Origin: the human T2T-CHM13v2.0 reference genome, Homo sapiens | Direction: 5' to 3' (one strand) | Length of the DNA: 64,000 nucleotides | Assembly (NCBI RefSeq): GCF_009914755.1 | Contig: NC_060940.1 | Shown: piece after piece, positions 14,692 to 29,708 of the stretch | Position numbering within the stretch: the first letter of the stretch is position 1 | Layout: every line of letters starts with the position of its first letter | Position numbers and translations under genes: made by a program | Notes under the pieces: model-generated | What the model was told of the DNA's origin: nothing | Database searches by the model: none | What the model saw: only the letters and a program-made list of their open reading frames with translations

Positions 14692-15394
14692 GTCACATAC
14701 TAGCCATGAGACCTTGGTACCCTTACTTTGCCTCTCTGAGACTCAGTTTCCCACTTTTCTGCTAGGGCAGTAGTACACCTTCACCCCTGCAGTGGGGGAA
14801 GAGCACTAACATGCTTGGTGCAGGGTGGGTGCTCCCCAGATGCCAAGTGGTATTTTCCTGGCTCTCCCTGAGTATCTGGTGGGGTTCAGCTGGCTGGCCA
14901 AACCGTCCAGCTGGTGTGTGGGTGCAGGGGACGTGGGGATGCAGCCCAACTCTGCCTCCTGGAATTGCGTGGCCTTGGGCCAGCCTCGCCTCTTAGAGTC
15001 TCATGTATAAAATGGGAATGTCACCCACCCCACCGGATTGACTCGAGACTGAAAGAAGCTGTGCTCGCAAAGGGCATAAATTGGAACACGGCCCAGAGCA
15101 GGAGTCAGCACCTGTCACATCCTCCCTCCCCTTGCCTTGAGCTTCAGCCTTCTCTCTTTCTCCTGTCCTTAAAAACAAAAGAAAAGAGATATTCACAAAC
15201 CATAAAACTCACCTTTTCAAAGTGTACGATTCAGTCACTTTTTAGGATATTCACAAGATTACGCAACCATCACCACTCTAATTCCAGAAGGTTTTCATCA
15301 CCCTGGAGAAACTCTGTGGCTGTTAGCAGGCAGTCTCCATCACCCCCACAACCCTTCCCCTCCTAGCCCTTGGAAGCCAGTAATCGACTTTCTT

Positions 15395-15910
15395 TTCTTT
15401 TTTAACTTTTATTTGAAGTTCAGGAGTACAAGTGCAGGTTTGTTACGTAGGTGAACTTGTGCCATGGGGGTTAGCTGTACACATTATTTCTTCACTCAGG
15501 TATTAAGCCGAGTCCTCATTAGTTATTTTTCCTGATCCTCTCCCTCCTCCCACCCTCCACCCACCAGAAGGCCCCAATGTGTGGTGTTTCCCTCTGTGTC
15601 ACGTGTTCTCATCCTTTAGCTCCCACTTCTAAGTGAGTTCTCTAAGTGAGAACATGCAATACTTGATTTTCTGTTTCTGTGTTAGTTTGTTAAGGATAAT
15701 GGCCTCTACCCCCATCCATGTCCCTGCAAAGGACATGATCTCGTTCTGTTTTTGGCTGCATAGTATTCCATGGTGTATATGTACCACGTTTTCTTTAACC
15801 AGCGTATCATCGATGGGCATTGAGGTGGATTCCACGTCTTTGCTATTGTGAATAGTACTGCAGTGAATATGTGCTAAGCATGTGTCTTTATAATAGAATG
15901 ATTTATATTT
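15395..15910 (-). mobile_element. 5'-truncated older L1PA 3' end nested in the L1MB
   Basis: gtgcaggtttgttacgtaggt...gtgagaacatgc...catccatgtccctgcaaaggacatgatctc...atagaatgatttatatt. Confidence 0.85.
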
Positions 15911-15947
15911 TTCTCTGCAGATTTTTCTCTAGATCTGCCTTTTGTGA

Positions 15948-16354
<407 letters not shown>

Positions 16355-16743
16355 TACTTCATTCCTTTTAATGGCTGAATAATATTTCATTGTTTGGGTA
16401 GATCACATTTTTCTTATCCATTCATCTCCTGATGGCCATTTGGGTTGTTCCCCATTTATGGCTGTTACGAATTATGTAGCTATGAACATTCCTATACTAG
16501 TCTCTGTGTGAACGTTTGTCTTCAGTTCTCCCGTTTTGTGGTTGTCCTTCCATTTTGATAGTGTCCTTTGAAGCACAAAAGTTTTTAATGTCGGTAAAGT
16601 CCAATTTATCTGTTTTTTCTTTTGTTGCTTGTGCTTCTGGTATCATGTCTAAGAATCCTTTGCCTACTTGAGGACACACAGATTTAGCCCTGTGTTTTCT
16701 TCTGAGAGTTTTATAGTTTCAACTCTTAAATTTAGTTATTTGA

Positions 16744-17046
<303 letters not shown>

Positions 17047-17397
17047 TTGACTTAATTTTTATATATGGTATGAGGTAAGGATCCAGCTTCATTTTATTGT
17101 GGATACCCAGTTGTCCCAGCACAGTTTGTTTAAAAAAAAAACTGTTCTTTCCTCACTGAATGATCTTGGCACTCTTGTCAAAAACAAGTTGACTATAGAT
17201 GAATGGGTTTGTTTCTGGACTCTTGACTCTGTCCCTTGCATCTCTATGCCTGTCCTTCTGACAGTGTCACTCAGTCTTGATTACTCTGGCTTATTAGGAC
17301 GTCTTGGAATCAGGAAGTGTCTATTCACTCTCCTAACCCTGTTTCTTCTTTTCTCTCTTCTTCCCTTCTCTCCTTTTATCTTTTGTGCAATCTTTAG

Positions 17398-18035
17398 GGC
17401 AAGGGATTACAAGTGTTTGTTGTAAAGGGCCAGATAGTAAATATTTTATGTCTTTGTAGGCCGTGCAGCCTCCATCTCAGATGCAACTCTGTTCTTACAG
17501 AGTCAAGGCAGCCATAGGCTATATGTAATGAATGGATGTGACTGTGTGTTTTTTTGTTTTTTTTTTTTTGATATAGGGTCTCAGGCTGTCACCCAGACCC
17601 AGGCTGGAGCGCAGTGGCACAATCATGGCTCAATGTAGCTGCTACCACCTGGACTCAAGTGATCCTCCCACCTCAACCTCTCGAGTAGCTGGGACTATAG
17701 GCACTTGACACCACACCTGGCTAATTTTTTCTTTATTATTTGCAGAGACAAGGTCTCACTATGTTGCCCAGGCTGGTCTCCAACTCCTGGGCTCAAGCCG
17801 TCCTCCCATCTCGGCCTCACAAGTCCTGGGATTTTAGGTGTCAGCCACCATACCTGGCTGTGTTCAAAAAAAACTTTTTTTTCTGGTTTGACACTGAACT
17901 TTGAATTTCATATACTTTGCCCATGCTAAAGAATACTACTTTTCTTTTGATTTTTTTCCAGCTATTTAAAAATGTGAAAATCATTCTTAGTCTGTGGGCC
18001 GTATGAAAACAGCCAGCAGGCCAGGCGTCCAGCCT
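17398..18035. mobile_element. MER58B-like hAT fossil split by an AluJ
   Basis: gtaaagggccagatagtaaatatttt... and ...tttaaaaatgtgaaaatcattcttagtctgtgggccgtatgaaaacag. Confidence 0.75.
17548..17859 (-). mobile_element. Alu (AluJ-like)
   Basis: aatcatggctca, gtctcactatgttgcccaggctggtc, ctcctgggctcaag. Confidence 0.92.
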
Positions 18036-18429
18036 GGTTTGAGAGGAGTGCGTCTGGAGGGAACAGTGTGTCAGAGGAAGATGGAGCATCTGCCTAATTC
18101 CTGCCGGGCCTAGGGCCTGCGTGGGCTTTCTCTGTCATGCTCCTTCCTATGGAAGCTGCTCAGTAGATCCTGCTGGGGACATGGCATTGCGGCACTGAGA
18201 CATCAGAGCAGGGTCACCTGTGTGCTACTAGAGGGGCCCACGCTGTTCCTCCCTGACTACTCTACCAACCCCTGGCCAAGGCAGCAGAGAGAGTCTTTGC
18301 GCAGATACTCTGATAAATCAAACTACAATGGATGCCAGCCACATGTTTTACCTTTTCTTCTGGAAAAACACACAATCCTCACTGCACCCCAAAACATCAG
18401 CTCTAAATCTTTCTAAGAGGAGCATGGCT

Positions 18430-18717
18430 TTTTTTTTGAGATAGGGTCTTGCTCTGTCGCCCAGGCAGGAGTGCAGTGGTGCTATCTTGGTTCACTACAA
18501 TCTCTGCCTCCCCTTCAAGCGATTCTCCTGCCTCAGCCTCCCAATTAGCTGGAACTACAGACATGGACCGCCATGACTGGCTAACTTTTGTGTTTTCATT
18601 AGAGACAGGTTTTCACTATGTTGACCAGGCTGGTCTCAAACTCCCGACCTCAGATAATCTACCTGCCTTGGCCTCCCAAAGTGCTGGAATTCCAGGCATG
18701 AGCCACCGCACCCGGCC
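18430..18717 (-). mobile_element. Alu
   Basis: Antisense Alu ending agccaccgcacccggcc. Confidence 0.93.
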
Positions 18718-18880
18718 AAGCACGACTTTTAAAGCCAGTCCAAACTCTGCCGGATGGCTGTCATGTGTGACTTTGGTCTAGTAAGTTAGTCTGTCTGAGC
18801 CTCAGTTTCTTCACTTGCAAAAAGGGTATGGGATGAGTGAGTACCTTCTTCACTGGGGAATGTGAGCATTCGAAACTTGC

Positions 18881-19270
18881 ATAGCACCTAGCATGTAATA
18901 AGCACTCAGTATAGCACCTAGCACGTAATAAGCACTCAGTATAGCACCTAGCATGTAGTAAACACTCAGTATAGCACCTAGCACGTAGTAAGCACTCAGT
19001 ATAGCACCTAGCATGTAGTAAGCACTCAGTATAAGACCTAGCACATAGTAAGCACTCAGTATAGCACCTAGCACGTAGTAAGCACTCAGTATAGCACCTA
19101 GCACGTAGTAAGCACTCAGTATAGCACCTAGCATGTAATAAGCACTCAATATAGCACCTAGGACATAGTAAGCACTCAGTATAGCCCCTAGCACGTGGTA
19201 AGCACTCAATATAGCACCGAGCACGTAGTAAGCACTCAGTATAGCACCTAGCATGTAGTAAGCACTCAGT
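18881..19270. repeat. Minisatellite, 13 x 30 bp (atagcacctagcaYgtagtaagcactcagt) at the 3' end of a MIR
   Basis: 13 indel-free units counted; preceded by MIR core (ctgagcctcagtttcttcacttgcaaaa) at ~18760-18880. Confidence 0.97.
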
Positions 19271-19717
19271 CAAAGCTATTTGCTGCTGTGCTGCTGTTTC
19301 TTCCCACTGCATCCCTTATTGCACTGGATGCTGAGGGAGATGCAGGTGGCTGCTTCCAGCCCATGGTGGTTCCCTGAGCCTGCAGCCTCATCTGCAGCAT
19401 AGGAATAGACACAGATACTCAAGTACTGGCCCCAGATCCTGGTACATAGTAGATGTTGACTTTTCTTCTTTGCCTGAGCTGGATTAGGTGGGTGTAGGGG
19501 GAATTCTTGTTCCATACCAGAGTAAGCATTTGTGGCCTGTTTCTGGCACAGGTACCTGAGTCATTTTCCTGGACTTTTTGAACAAGGGAGAGCGTTTTTC
19601 TCCATGGCCTCCAAGCCTCACTCCCCAGGCTACAGGTCCTTCCCTCTGTCTCTTCCTTGTAGGCCCCACCCCATTTACAGGTCATATTCATCACATCTCC
19701 AGAACCCCTTCCTCTAG

Positions 19718-20270
<553 letters not shown>

Positions 20271-20679
20271 GGCCTTATCGAGATGCCCCCGCTTCAGGGC
20301 TCCTGTATGCTGAGCCGTCCTCCATTCTACGCTGTTCATTCTGTACACTGAGCAACTCTCCTGTGTGCATCTCCCCAGGAGGCTGGGGCTCCCTGAGGGT
20401 AGGGCTCTCTCATCCTAGGTGCCCACCTTGCTCACAACACAGGCACATAGTAGGTGCTCAATACCTATGAAGTGATAGATGACTGGCTGGGTGAATGAAT
20501 GAAAGAATGAAATAAACATGAAATAGTAAATCAAGATGGAGTTCTTCCCAGGTCCACCTAAGCTAAGCTTTTTCACTTACAAAAAAATAGCCTCAGTGTA
20601 CAGTGGGTTCAGAACTTCTCTTTCTGCAGCCCATCAGCTTCCTCTCCAACCTCACAAGTAGGTGTCACCAGTAAAAATG

Positions 20680-20930
20680 GCTGACACTCAGCATGGCGTC
20701 TACTGTATGCCAGGCCCTGGATTGAGTGCTTTACAGATATTAACCAATTCAAGCCTCGGGACAACGCTAGGAAGAAACTCCTGCTGCTGCCCCCATTCTA
20801 CAGATGAGGAAATCGAACACCTGAGAGGCTAAGCCACTTCCCCAAGGACACTAAGCTAGTAAATGTGTGTGAAAAGGGAGTGCATTCAAACCCAAGAGGT
20901 GGAGCTCCCGAGTCCACGCTTTCGCGCTGC
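20680..20930 (-). mobile_element. MIR
   Basis: cccattctacagatgaggaaatcgaa...gctaagccacttccccaagg. Confidence 0.75.
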
Positions 20931-20985
20931 ACACCTGCTTCCATGCAGCTCCTGGACGTGCAGTTGAAACAGTAGCTTCTCATTC

Positions 20986-21340
<355 letters not shown>

Positions 21341-21815
21341 TAAAAGCTCAGCAGAGTCATTAATTGTTCTTTATCATCTGGTGGGATATTTAATGTAGTA
21401 ACTGCCTCTAATTGAGTGGGTAATTCAGGATTGATCTAGCACTCCAAGAGGGACCCACTGTGTGCTCAATGAATAGAGAGGAGTCAGAGGAGCTTATCAG
21501 GAACATTGCTCAGAATAGGAGCCAGTATCGATGTTTTAGTTGGAAAGAGTTGGCCCTGTGGAGGGGATTCCTTGCAGAGTTTCATGGCAGTGGAGCTCCT
21601 GTTGACTTTCCTCTGTGCCTTGTTAGGTATACTCAACACTTAACATGGATGAGGATTAAATGATTTAACCTATAGGAAACACTTAGAATCGGCTCCAGTA
21701 TGTACTAAGCTCTCAATATGAAATGGCCGTTATTCACCTGTTTTATTAACTGGATCCCAACGAGCTGCCTCATGTTCTTTATTTTCTAAGGGCAGGATTG
21801 ACATATGTAAAATAG

Positions 21816-22137
<322 letters not shown>

Positions 22138-24806
22138 CTACAGACCAGCACCATTTCTTAAATACAAACTTTGATTCTGAAAGCATCCAGGCAATTGAAG
22201 AAGTCCCATCGGCTTAGCATGAACTTTGGGCACCTTTCTGTCTTACCTTTTTCTGCAGATGGACAAAAGTATACATGATGGATTTTTGTTGTTAGCGGAA
22301 TTCTAAAAATCAAAACTAAAAACTATCCTGGTGTCCAGCCTAATCCTGGATACCCCCAAAGATTCTCAATCAGTACTTTCTGGATCAATTTTCACCTTTC
22401 TAAACCTCATTTTTAATCTGTAATAACAAAAGTCCAGAGAAACCACCCGGACAGAGCCGAGATTTCATAAATGGGAAGAAGACAGTGTAAACCAGCAGCC
22501 TGTTCTCCTAGGTCTTACAGCAAAATCAATATTCCCTTGCTGTGAGACCCGAATGGTGGAAACCAGTTGGCTGAGGGGACTAATTGGAGCCTTTTGAAAA
22601 TTCCCTGGCTGGAATTGAGATGCAGGTTAACAGATAAGATTGCCAGCTCGTGTGTTATTTTTCAAAGCTCTCTCCTGAGATTGTGTTTGTCACTTGGCGA
22701 GAGTGCTTCATGTGTCCCACAAAAGCGGGAACAGCCCCACCACTCAGAGAGCCCTCTCTTCCCTGTACCCTGCCCCTCTCAACACACATCTGAGTGTCTC
22801 CATTGCTGGCACGGTTGTCAGGAAGACACTAGGGAAGGGCTTTTATCCAATGGGATAAAAACCTCCCCCAAATCAGCTGATGGTAGCTGAGATCATTCAC
22901 ATCTAGCACCGGGAAGGCCTAGGATTGGGGCTTGGGAATGATGATGATGGTGGCGTTCCCGGGATTGTGCTGATTGTGGATGTATGAGGCCTGTGTCTCG
23001 CAGTGGCCCCACCAGGGCAACAGCAAAAATGACGTTATTATCTCCCCATTTATGGATGAGCATTGAAGTTCAGAGGGGTTAAGCAAGGTGACCAAGGACA
23101 CATAGCTTGTAAGTGACAAAACCAAGGCTTGCGTCCGGGTCTGTCTCACTTCAAAGCCTGCGAGTTTCCAGCTGACCACCTTTCCATGTCCTCCTTGCAA
23201 CCCCAGTGAACTTCCCTGAATCCCCTTCCTCAGATCCCTGTCTTTGGTCAAGGATGGTGGTGATGGTGACAGACACCAGCTGAGTATTGGACAGCGTTTT
23301 TACCTGATTCCCATGATACATTGCCATATCTTCAATTGCTGGTGAACATGTTTTTCATAAAGTGCAGATTATTAAATTGTTCAAGGCAATTGGGAACTCT
23401 TTTTTTTTTTTTTAGGCCACCAAGTCAGTGATCCTGTTTGACTGCAGTTATTTTTCATGGTGACACCTCCTGCTTATGTACAGCCCAACATCTGGTGGCA
23501 TACTAAAGGTTCTGAGAAGTTGATGAGAAAAGAGCAGATGACTTCTTTTTTTTCCAGAAAATCCTCTTGCCCTCATTGTTGGCTGGAAAAGCCTGACTTT
23601 ATCGCATTCCACCCTGCTAATTATGGGAGTGGCTGCCCAGTGCTCAGAGACAGAACTGAGACTTTCCCTGAAGTGTCTGGCTCATAGTCATGTCTGTCAG
23701 TCTTTCTCCAAGACAACAAGCTGTCCTGATCAGGTGCATCAAACTTCCTTGCATCCAGCTCTACCCATTTTCTTCTAACTAAGCATCTTTCTTTGCCTTT
23801 TGGATGGTAGTGATTTGCTTTGGTTTTTGCATTCACTAGGCTCTACCCATAGGTACCAGGTTGACTCCCAGTGATTATCTCTCCAAGCTAGGGGAAGAGT
23901 TGCTGGCTGCAGGGCAGGTTTGCATTGAGGAAGAAGACTCAGTTTAGTTTCAACGTACATGTACTACGCAACCTAATTTCTGCTGGATATGGTGCCCAAA
24001 ACTGGGGATAGAGAGATGAGACATAGCTCCTTACCCTCAGGTGGTGCTCAGTCTAGTTGGGGTGGTTAGGGAAGGCAGGCACAGCAGCAGGGGATAGGGA
24101 GGAGGAATAGTGATAGACCTTGGTCTAGGGCATTGGAGGAACACAGAAGTTGGGTAGAATTGAGGAGAGGAGAAGAGACCAGGGAAGGATGTTGCAGGGT
24201 GAAGATGCTGGAGGCAAGCCCTCCAAGATAAGTAGAACTTAGCCAGGCAAAGAAGGCACGGTGGGGACAAGCAGAGGGAACAGGCTTGAGAATAGGCATG
24301 GCAAGGACAGGGATCATGGCATATGTGTGAGCTTGGAGTGAGCTGGTTTAGGTGGATTATGCAGTGCAAAGCAGGTAATGATGTTTGTATTTGGCATCTT
24401 AACTCACAAGTGACAGAAAACCCAAACCAAACTGGCTTACACAAAAAGGGAATTTGTTACTCTCTGTAAGTCAGTAGTCTTGGGGTAACCTGGCTGCAGG
24501 CACGGGTTGATCAGGGGCTCAAATGCAGCACCTCCCGCGCTCCAGCTGTGCATCTCCCTGCTCTGTTTTCTGCATTTAGAAGTCACAATCACTTCAGAAG
24601 CTATTTGTCTGAGGTTACGCAGGTTGCATCCAGGCCTGTCTCACTTCAGAGCCTGTGGGTTTCCTGCTGACCACTATCCCTTCTCTTCCTTGCAACTCCA
24701 GTGAACTTTCCTAAATCCCATTGCTGAAATCCCTGTCTTTGGTCACAGATGGTGGTGACAGGGGCAGACAACAGCTGTACATTTGACAATGTTTTTACAT
24801 GATTTC

Positions 24807-25175
24807 TGATATGATTTGGCTGTGTCCCCACCCATATCTCATCTTGAGTTGTAGCTTCCATAATTCCCCACGTGTTGTGGGAGGGACCCGGTGGGAGACA
24901 ACTGAATCATGGGGGGCGGTTCCCCCATACTGTTGTTATGATGGTGAGTAATTCTCAGGAGAGCTGATGGTTTTATAAGGGAAAACCCCTTTTGCTTATT
25001 CTTGTTCTCTCTTGCCTGCCACCATGTAAGAGGTGGCTTTGCTCTTCCTTTGTCTTCTGCCATGATTCTGAGGCCTCCCCAGCCATGTAGAACTGTGAGT
25101 CCATTAAACCTGTTTTTCTTTATAAATTACCCAGTCTCAGTATGTCCTTATTAGCAGTGAGAACAGACTAATACA
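24807..25175 (+). mobile_element. THE1 (MaLR) solo LTR, sense to SNX29
   Basis: tgatatgatttggctgtgtcccc...ccattaaacc...cagactaataca; TSD atttc (24802-24806) / attcc (25176-25180). Confidence 0.93.
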
Positions 25176-26510
25176 ATTCCCATGATATATGGAGACACTC
25201 AGTTGTGTGTTGAGAGGGGCAGGGTGCAGGGAAGAGAGGGCTCTTGAGTGGTGGGGCTGTTCTAGCTTTTGTTTGGGCACATTCTCAAACAGCCTTTCTT
25301 CTCATGGGCAGGAGTCAACTGTGGAAGCTGCAAATGGGATCAACTTGACTTCAAGTCAGTGAGAAAAGGGTACAGCTCTCTATCCCATTAATTGGAAAAG
25401 CTGCACCCAATCATAGGCAATGATGTGCCCATTCCTGAACCGCTTGCTGTGGCCAAGGGAATGAGGTGCTCTGATTGGCTGAGGCCCGAATCATAGTCTC
25501 TGTCCAGCACACACGGTGTGAGAGAAGGGAAGACGGAGGCTTCCCGGAGAGTGGTCAGGCCACGGTTACCAAAGAGGGTGCAATATGAACCAGGTGGCCC
25601 AAAGGATGAGCTAGTCAGATGGGCTTTGTCTGCTTGCTGAAGAGCTTGGGCATTGACCCAGAGAATTTAAGTGGAGGAGTGACGTGGTATGATTGGAGCT
25701 TTAGGCCAATCATTGTGGTGGCACTGGGGAACCTAGGGTCGATCAGGGTCCATTTGGAGGTCCTGGCAAGTACAGCTGATGAAGGACCAAGGGCAGGAGT
25801 GGAGAAAACCCAGAACACATGAGGAGGTAGAAGTGCCTGGACTTGATACAGCATCCCCCTGCTTGCCCAGTAAGCAAACCGAGATGAGCTCCACCAAGCA
25901 GTTGAGTCAGGGACCCAGTACTAGGGAATAACAAGGCTTCTGACCATGGCTCTGCACAGAATATGCACCTTCTACAAGCAAGGGAGAAAGTACGTCTCCT
26001 GCCCCCAAAGTAGCCACTTTTGTCCTTGAACAGAAGAGCCGCAGAGGTACTTACTGCTATTTTTATTGATTCAACAATCTGCTACTCGCTGGCCTCCAAA
26101 CTCCTGAGAGTTATGAGCTCATTACTGCCAACCACATTCCTCTAAAGTACACATTAGGTTCATAAACACAATTTCAGGGCTCTGTGCGAAATGGAGATGC
26201 TCTGTAATAGAAAATTAGCTTCTTCCCCACCAGCTCCACCAAGTTTATGTTTCGTCTCCTTGGATGGCAGTATTCTTGGTAGGGGAGAGAAAGCAATCCA
26301 TGGAGCTGGGAGTATTAGAGGCTGATTGCCGAGTAGGAGCCTCCTCTTGTCCCCAACCATTTAATGATCCGGTGGCTGCCCAATGTGTGGGATGACCTGT
26401 GACCTGCTCTGTTCTATTTACCAACCAAAGAGATTCCATGCAGCAGCCTTTTAGCATTAACAGAAATAGGAAAGGCTGCCATGCACTGGTTGCATTCAAG
26501 AAACGGATGG

Positions 26511-26805
<295 letters not shown>

Positions 26806-27130
26806 AAACAGATGGTTTCTAACCAAACTGGCCTTACCGGATACCTCCAGTTCTCTCTTTCTTAAAATAAGGGAGTGATGTCTTTGGCCTGGATAAGCAG
26901 CTTGAGCCATATGGTTCTTCTGGATTCAGCTCTAGAAAGGGCCCATGCTCAGCTGTTTAGCTTTGGACAGTTATTGAGCCCCACTGAAGCTCAGACCTGT
27001 CATCTGTGGGATAGGGTGCTGGACCCACCCTGAGGGATTATCATGAGGCTTAAATGAGGTAGAACAGCTGTAGGGAGCTCAGTGCAAGTTCTAGCTGAGT
27101 GGCCCTGGGCAACTCTGAGATAATGCCCTA

Positions 27131-27351
27131 CAGTGATTCTTGGCCAGGGGTGGTTTTGTTTTGTCCCTACGGGGACATTTGGCAATGCCTGAAAGCATTT
27201 TTTATTGTCACAACTGGGGTGGCTGCTACTGGCATCTCATGGGTGCAGGCTAGGGATGCAGTGGAATGTCTCACAATGCACAGGACAGCTCCCATACAAC
27301 GAAGACTTACCGAGCCCCAAATGTCAGTAGTGCTGTGACTGAGAAAACCTC
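27131..27351 (+). mobile_element. MER20 hAT fossil
   Basis: ggggacatttggcaatg...attgtcacaactgggg...gctactggcatct...aaatgtcagtagtgctg. Confidence 0.85.
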
Positions 27352-28556
27352 AAGTAGAGAAAACTGTGGGGTATCTGGAGCTGACTGTGTTCTCAATAGC
27401 GGGTAGCTGTCAAATGGTAAGTGCTCTGTGCCAGGGACTGTGCTAAATGGAGAAAGTCAGAGATCAGAGGCAGATGCCCACCGCTGAGTACACCGCTCCG
27501 TAGAGACCAGAGGAGTTCAGAGGAGAGTTGCCTCATACAGCCTGGAGGCAGGATGGGGTGAGGGGGTGAAGGATGGCTTTGTGGATGGGGAGGGCATCTG
27601 AGCTGAGTCTGGAAGTTGCCCCAATCATTTTCTCTCCTTCAGTGGATGTGAGGGAGGGTCACCAGCCCTGGGGACTGGTGTCGGGAAGAGGTAGCTTGCA
27701 TCTGTGACTGCCAGACCCCTCCAAATGTGAGGTCACATGGGCCCATGGGTGTGAGGAGAGGAGCCGGGTGGTGAAGGTGTCGGCAGGCATGGTGCTGTGG
27801 GACAGGAACTGTCACCTCTGCTCCGACATGAGATCACAGGTCTATCTATCCTGTTCAAGTTGGGTTTTAAAATAAAATTGCTCCTTGTTCTGACTGCAGC
27901 TGTCATTTCTTTTGTTATTTCTGAGGCCGTTTGTTAGTAAGAGGAATAATTTAGAGCTTGGAGGTGGACTTCGTCTTGGCTAGTTGCTAGGCACCCACTT
28001 TCTCAAGGCACGGGGCCCTAGATGCAAAAAGGATCCCCAGCAGTAAGACCTGGGGCTGTCTCACTTGGTGGCAGCATGTGCCTCCCCTCCCACCCTTCAT
28101 TCTCCCAGGCTTATAGACAGCAGAGTGCCAGTGTGGCATTTCCACAGACGAACCAACTGCTGTAAGCCTCTGAAACAGGAATGTTACATATATGGCTCTC
28201 ATGCCACCTGGCCCTATTCACCTGTCCATGGCAGACGTGGCCAATCAATCACAGACTTTCTCATCGAACTCAGATGCATTCTCAGAATCATCCCCCACAT
28301 GACCACCATCTTCCCCAGGCAACCACCACTGTACACTAGAGTAGGCAGGTAGCTCTAGACTTGGCAGGTTTGCCATCCTTGCTGGAAATCCTTACTGGCG
28401 GTGTGACCCTGGGCACATCATATAACCCCAATTTATTTCCTCTTAAACAAAATGCAGATGCCTAATGCCTACTTTGCAGGGTTGTTGTGAAAACGAAGAG
28501 AAGTAAAAACAAACAAAGTGGCTGTCATGGAGTCCAGCTGGAGTAAGGGCTCAGTA

Positions 28557-28688
28557 ATTTTTTTTTTTTTTAAGAAATGGGGTCTCACTGTGTTGCCCAG
28601 GCTGGTCTTGAACTCCTGGTCTCAAGCAGTCCTTGTGCCTCAGCCTCCCAAATTGCTGGGATTACAGGCATGAGCCACCTCGCTGGCC
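28557..28688 (-). mobile_element. FLAM (Alu left monomer) inserted at a MIR end
   Basis: Monomer only; TSD ctcagtaatt on both sides. Confidence 0.88.
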
Positions 28689-28916
28689 CTCAGTAATTGT
28701 TCCTTTTCTTGCTTTTTGCATAAAAGTTACCCTTCAAAGACTGCAGTGGGACTTGTGGTTCATTTAATTCTGCTTGATATTGTCATTTATCTTTTCAGCT
28801 GTATTTGTTTGAGTCCTCAATAAGACTGTAGGCATTTAGATGGCAGGGAAGGTATCTTTGGAATTTTTTTTGTCCCCTGGCCTTCCATCAAGATGTGGTA
28901 ATTGGATGTATAGGAG

Positions 28917-29430
28917 TGTGGCAGACACTGCTAGTTGCTTGCTGAAAATAGCCATGGGTTTTTTTTGTTGTTGTTTTTTTCCTTATCTCTTAGTAACAGA
29001 GCCCTGGGCATTATGCCCACATAGAAAATAGTAAATTTCTCAGCTTCCCTTGCAGCTACATATGGCCATGTAACTAAGATCTGGCCAGTAAGATATAGGT
29101 AGATGTATTGGTTGTGGCTTCCCAGAAAGGCTGCTTATACCTCATCTGCGTGGTACATGCCTTGCCTTTCTGCTTCTTGTTGCCTAGAATTGAGATATGA
29201 TAGCTGGAACTCCAGCAGCCGCCTTGGGCCATGTGGTAACCTGGGGGATGGCAACTCTGCAGCTAAGATCGCAGAGCAGAAAGATGGACGGCCTCAGTCC
29301 CTGATGACTAAGGAGAGCAGCCATCCCAATTCTGGACTGCCTCCCTGCAGACTGCTTGTCCATCAGAAAAGAAGCCCCAAGTGATTAGACCCCAGCTATT
29401 TTGGAACCAAATGCGATTCCTACCTGATGC
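28917..29430. mobile_element. Old MaLR (MLT1-type) LTR
   Basis: tgtggcagacactgctag...cttgcagctacatatggccatgtaactaag...gctggaactccagcagccgccttg. Confidence 0.65.
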
Positions 29431-29708
29431 AAAGAGCTCTTTGAGTAGAGGCTGAGAGAACTGCTGCCCAGAACTCTAGAGGTGACATAGCACATGGCGT
29501 TTAGGGACTTATAGTCAACAGCTAGTTATGAGTTTCCATGGGCCACAGGTGCTGCTGGCGAATGTGGCTTGCTGCTCAGTTGAAGAGCGAACATCGAAAA
29601 TAACCCGAAGAGAGAGGTGAGGAAGAACAGATCAGGCAGGGCCCTGCAAGCCACGTCTGGGAATTTAGACTTGAGCTTGAGTGCAGTGGCGCATCATTGG
29701 AGGAATGA

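Noticed and set aside
18761-19312. 183-aa and 134-aa repetitive ORFs (RARCYTECLL / LGAILSAYYV)
   Set aside because: By-product of a 30-bp unit lacking stops in two minus-strand frames; no splice or promoter support.
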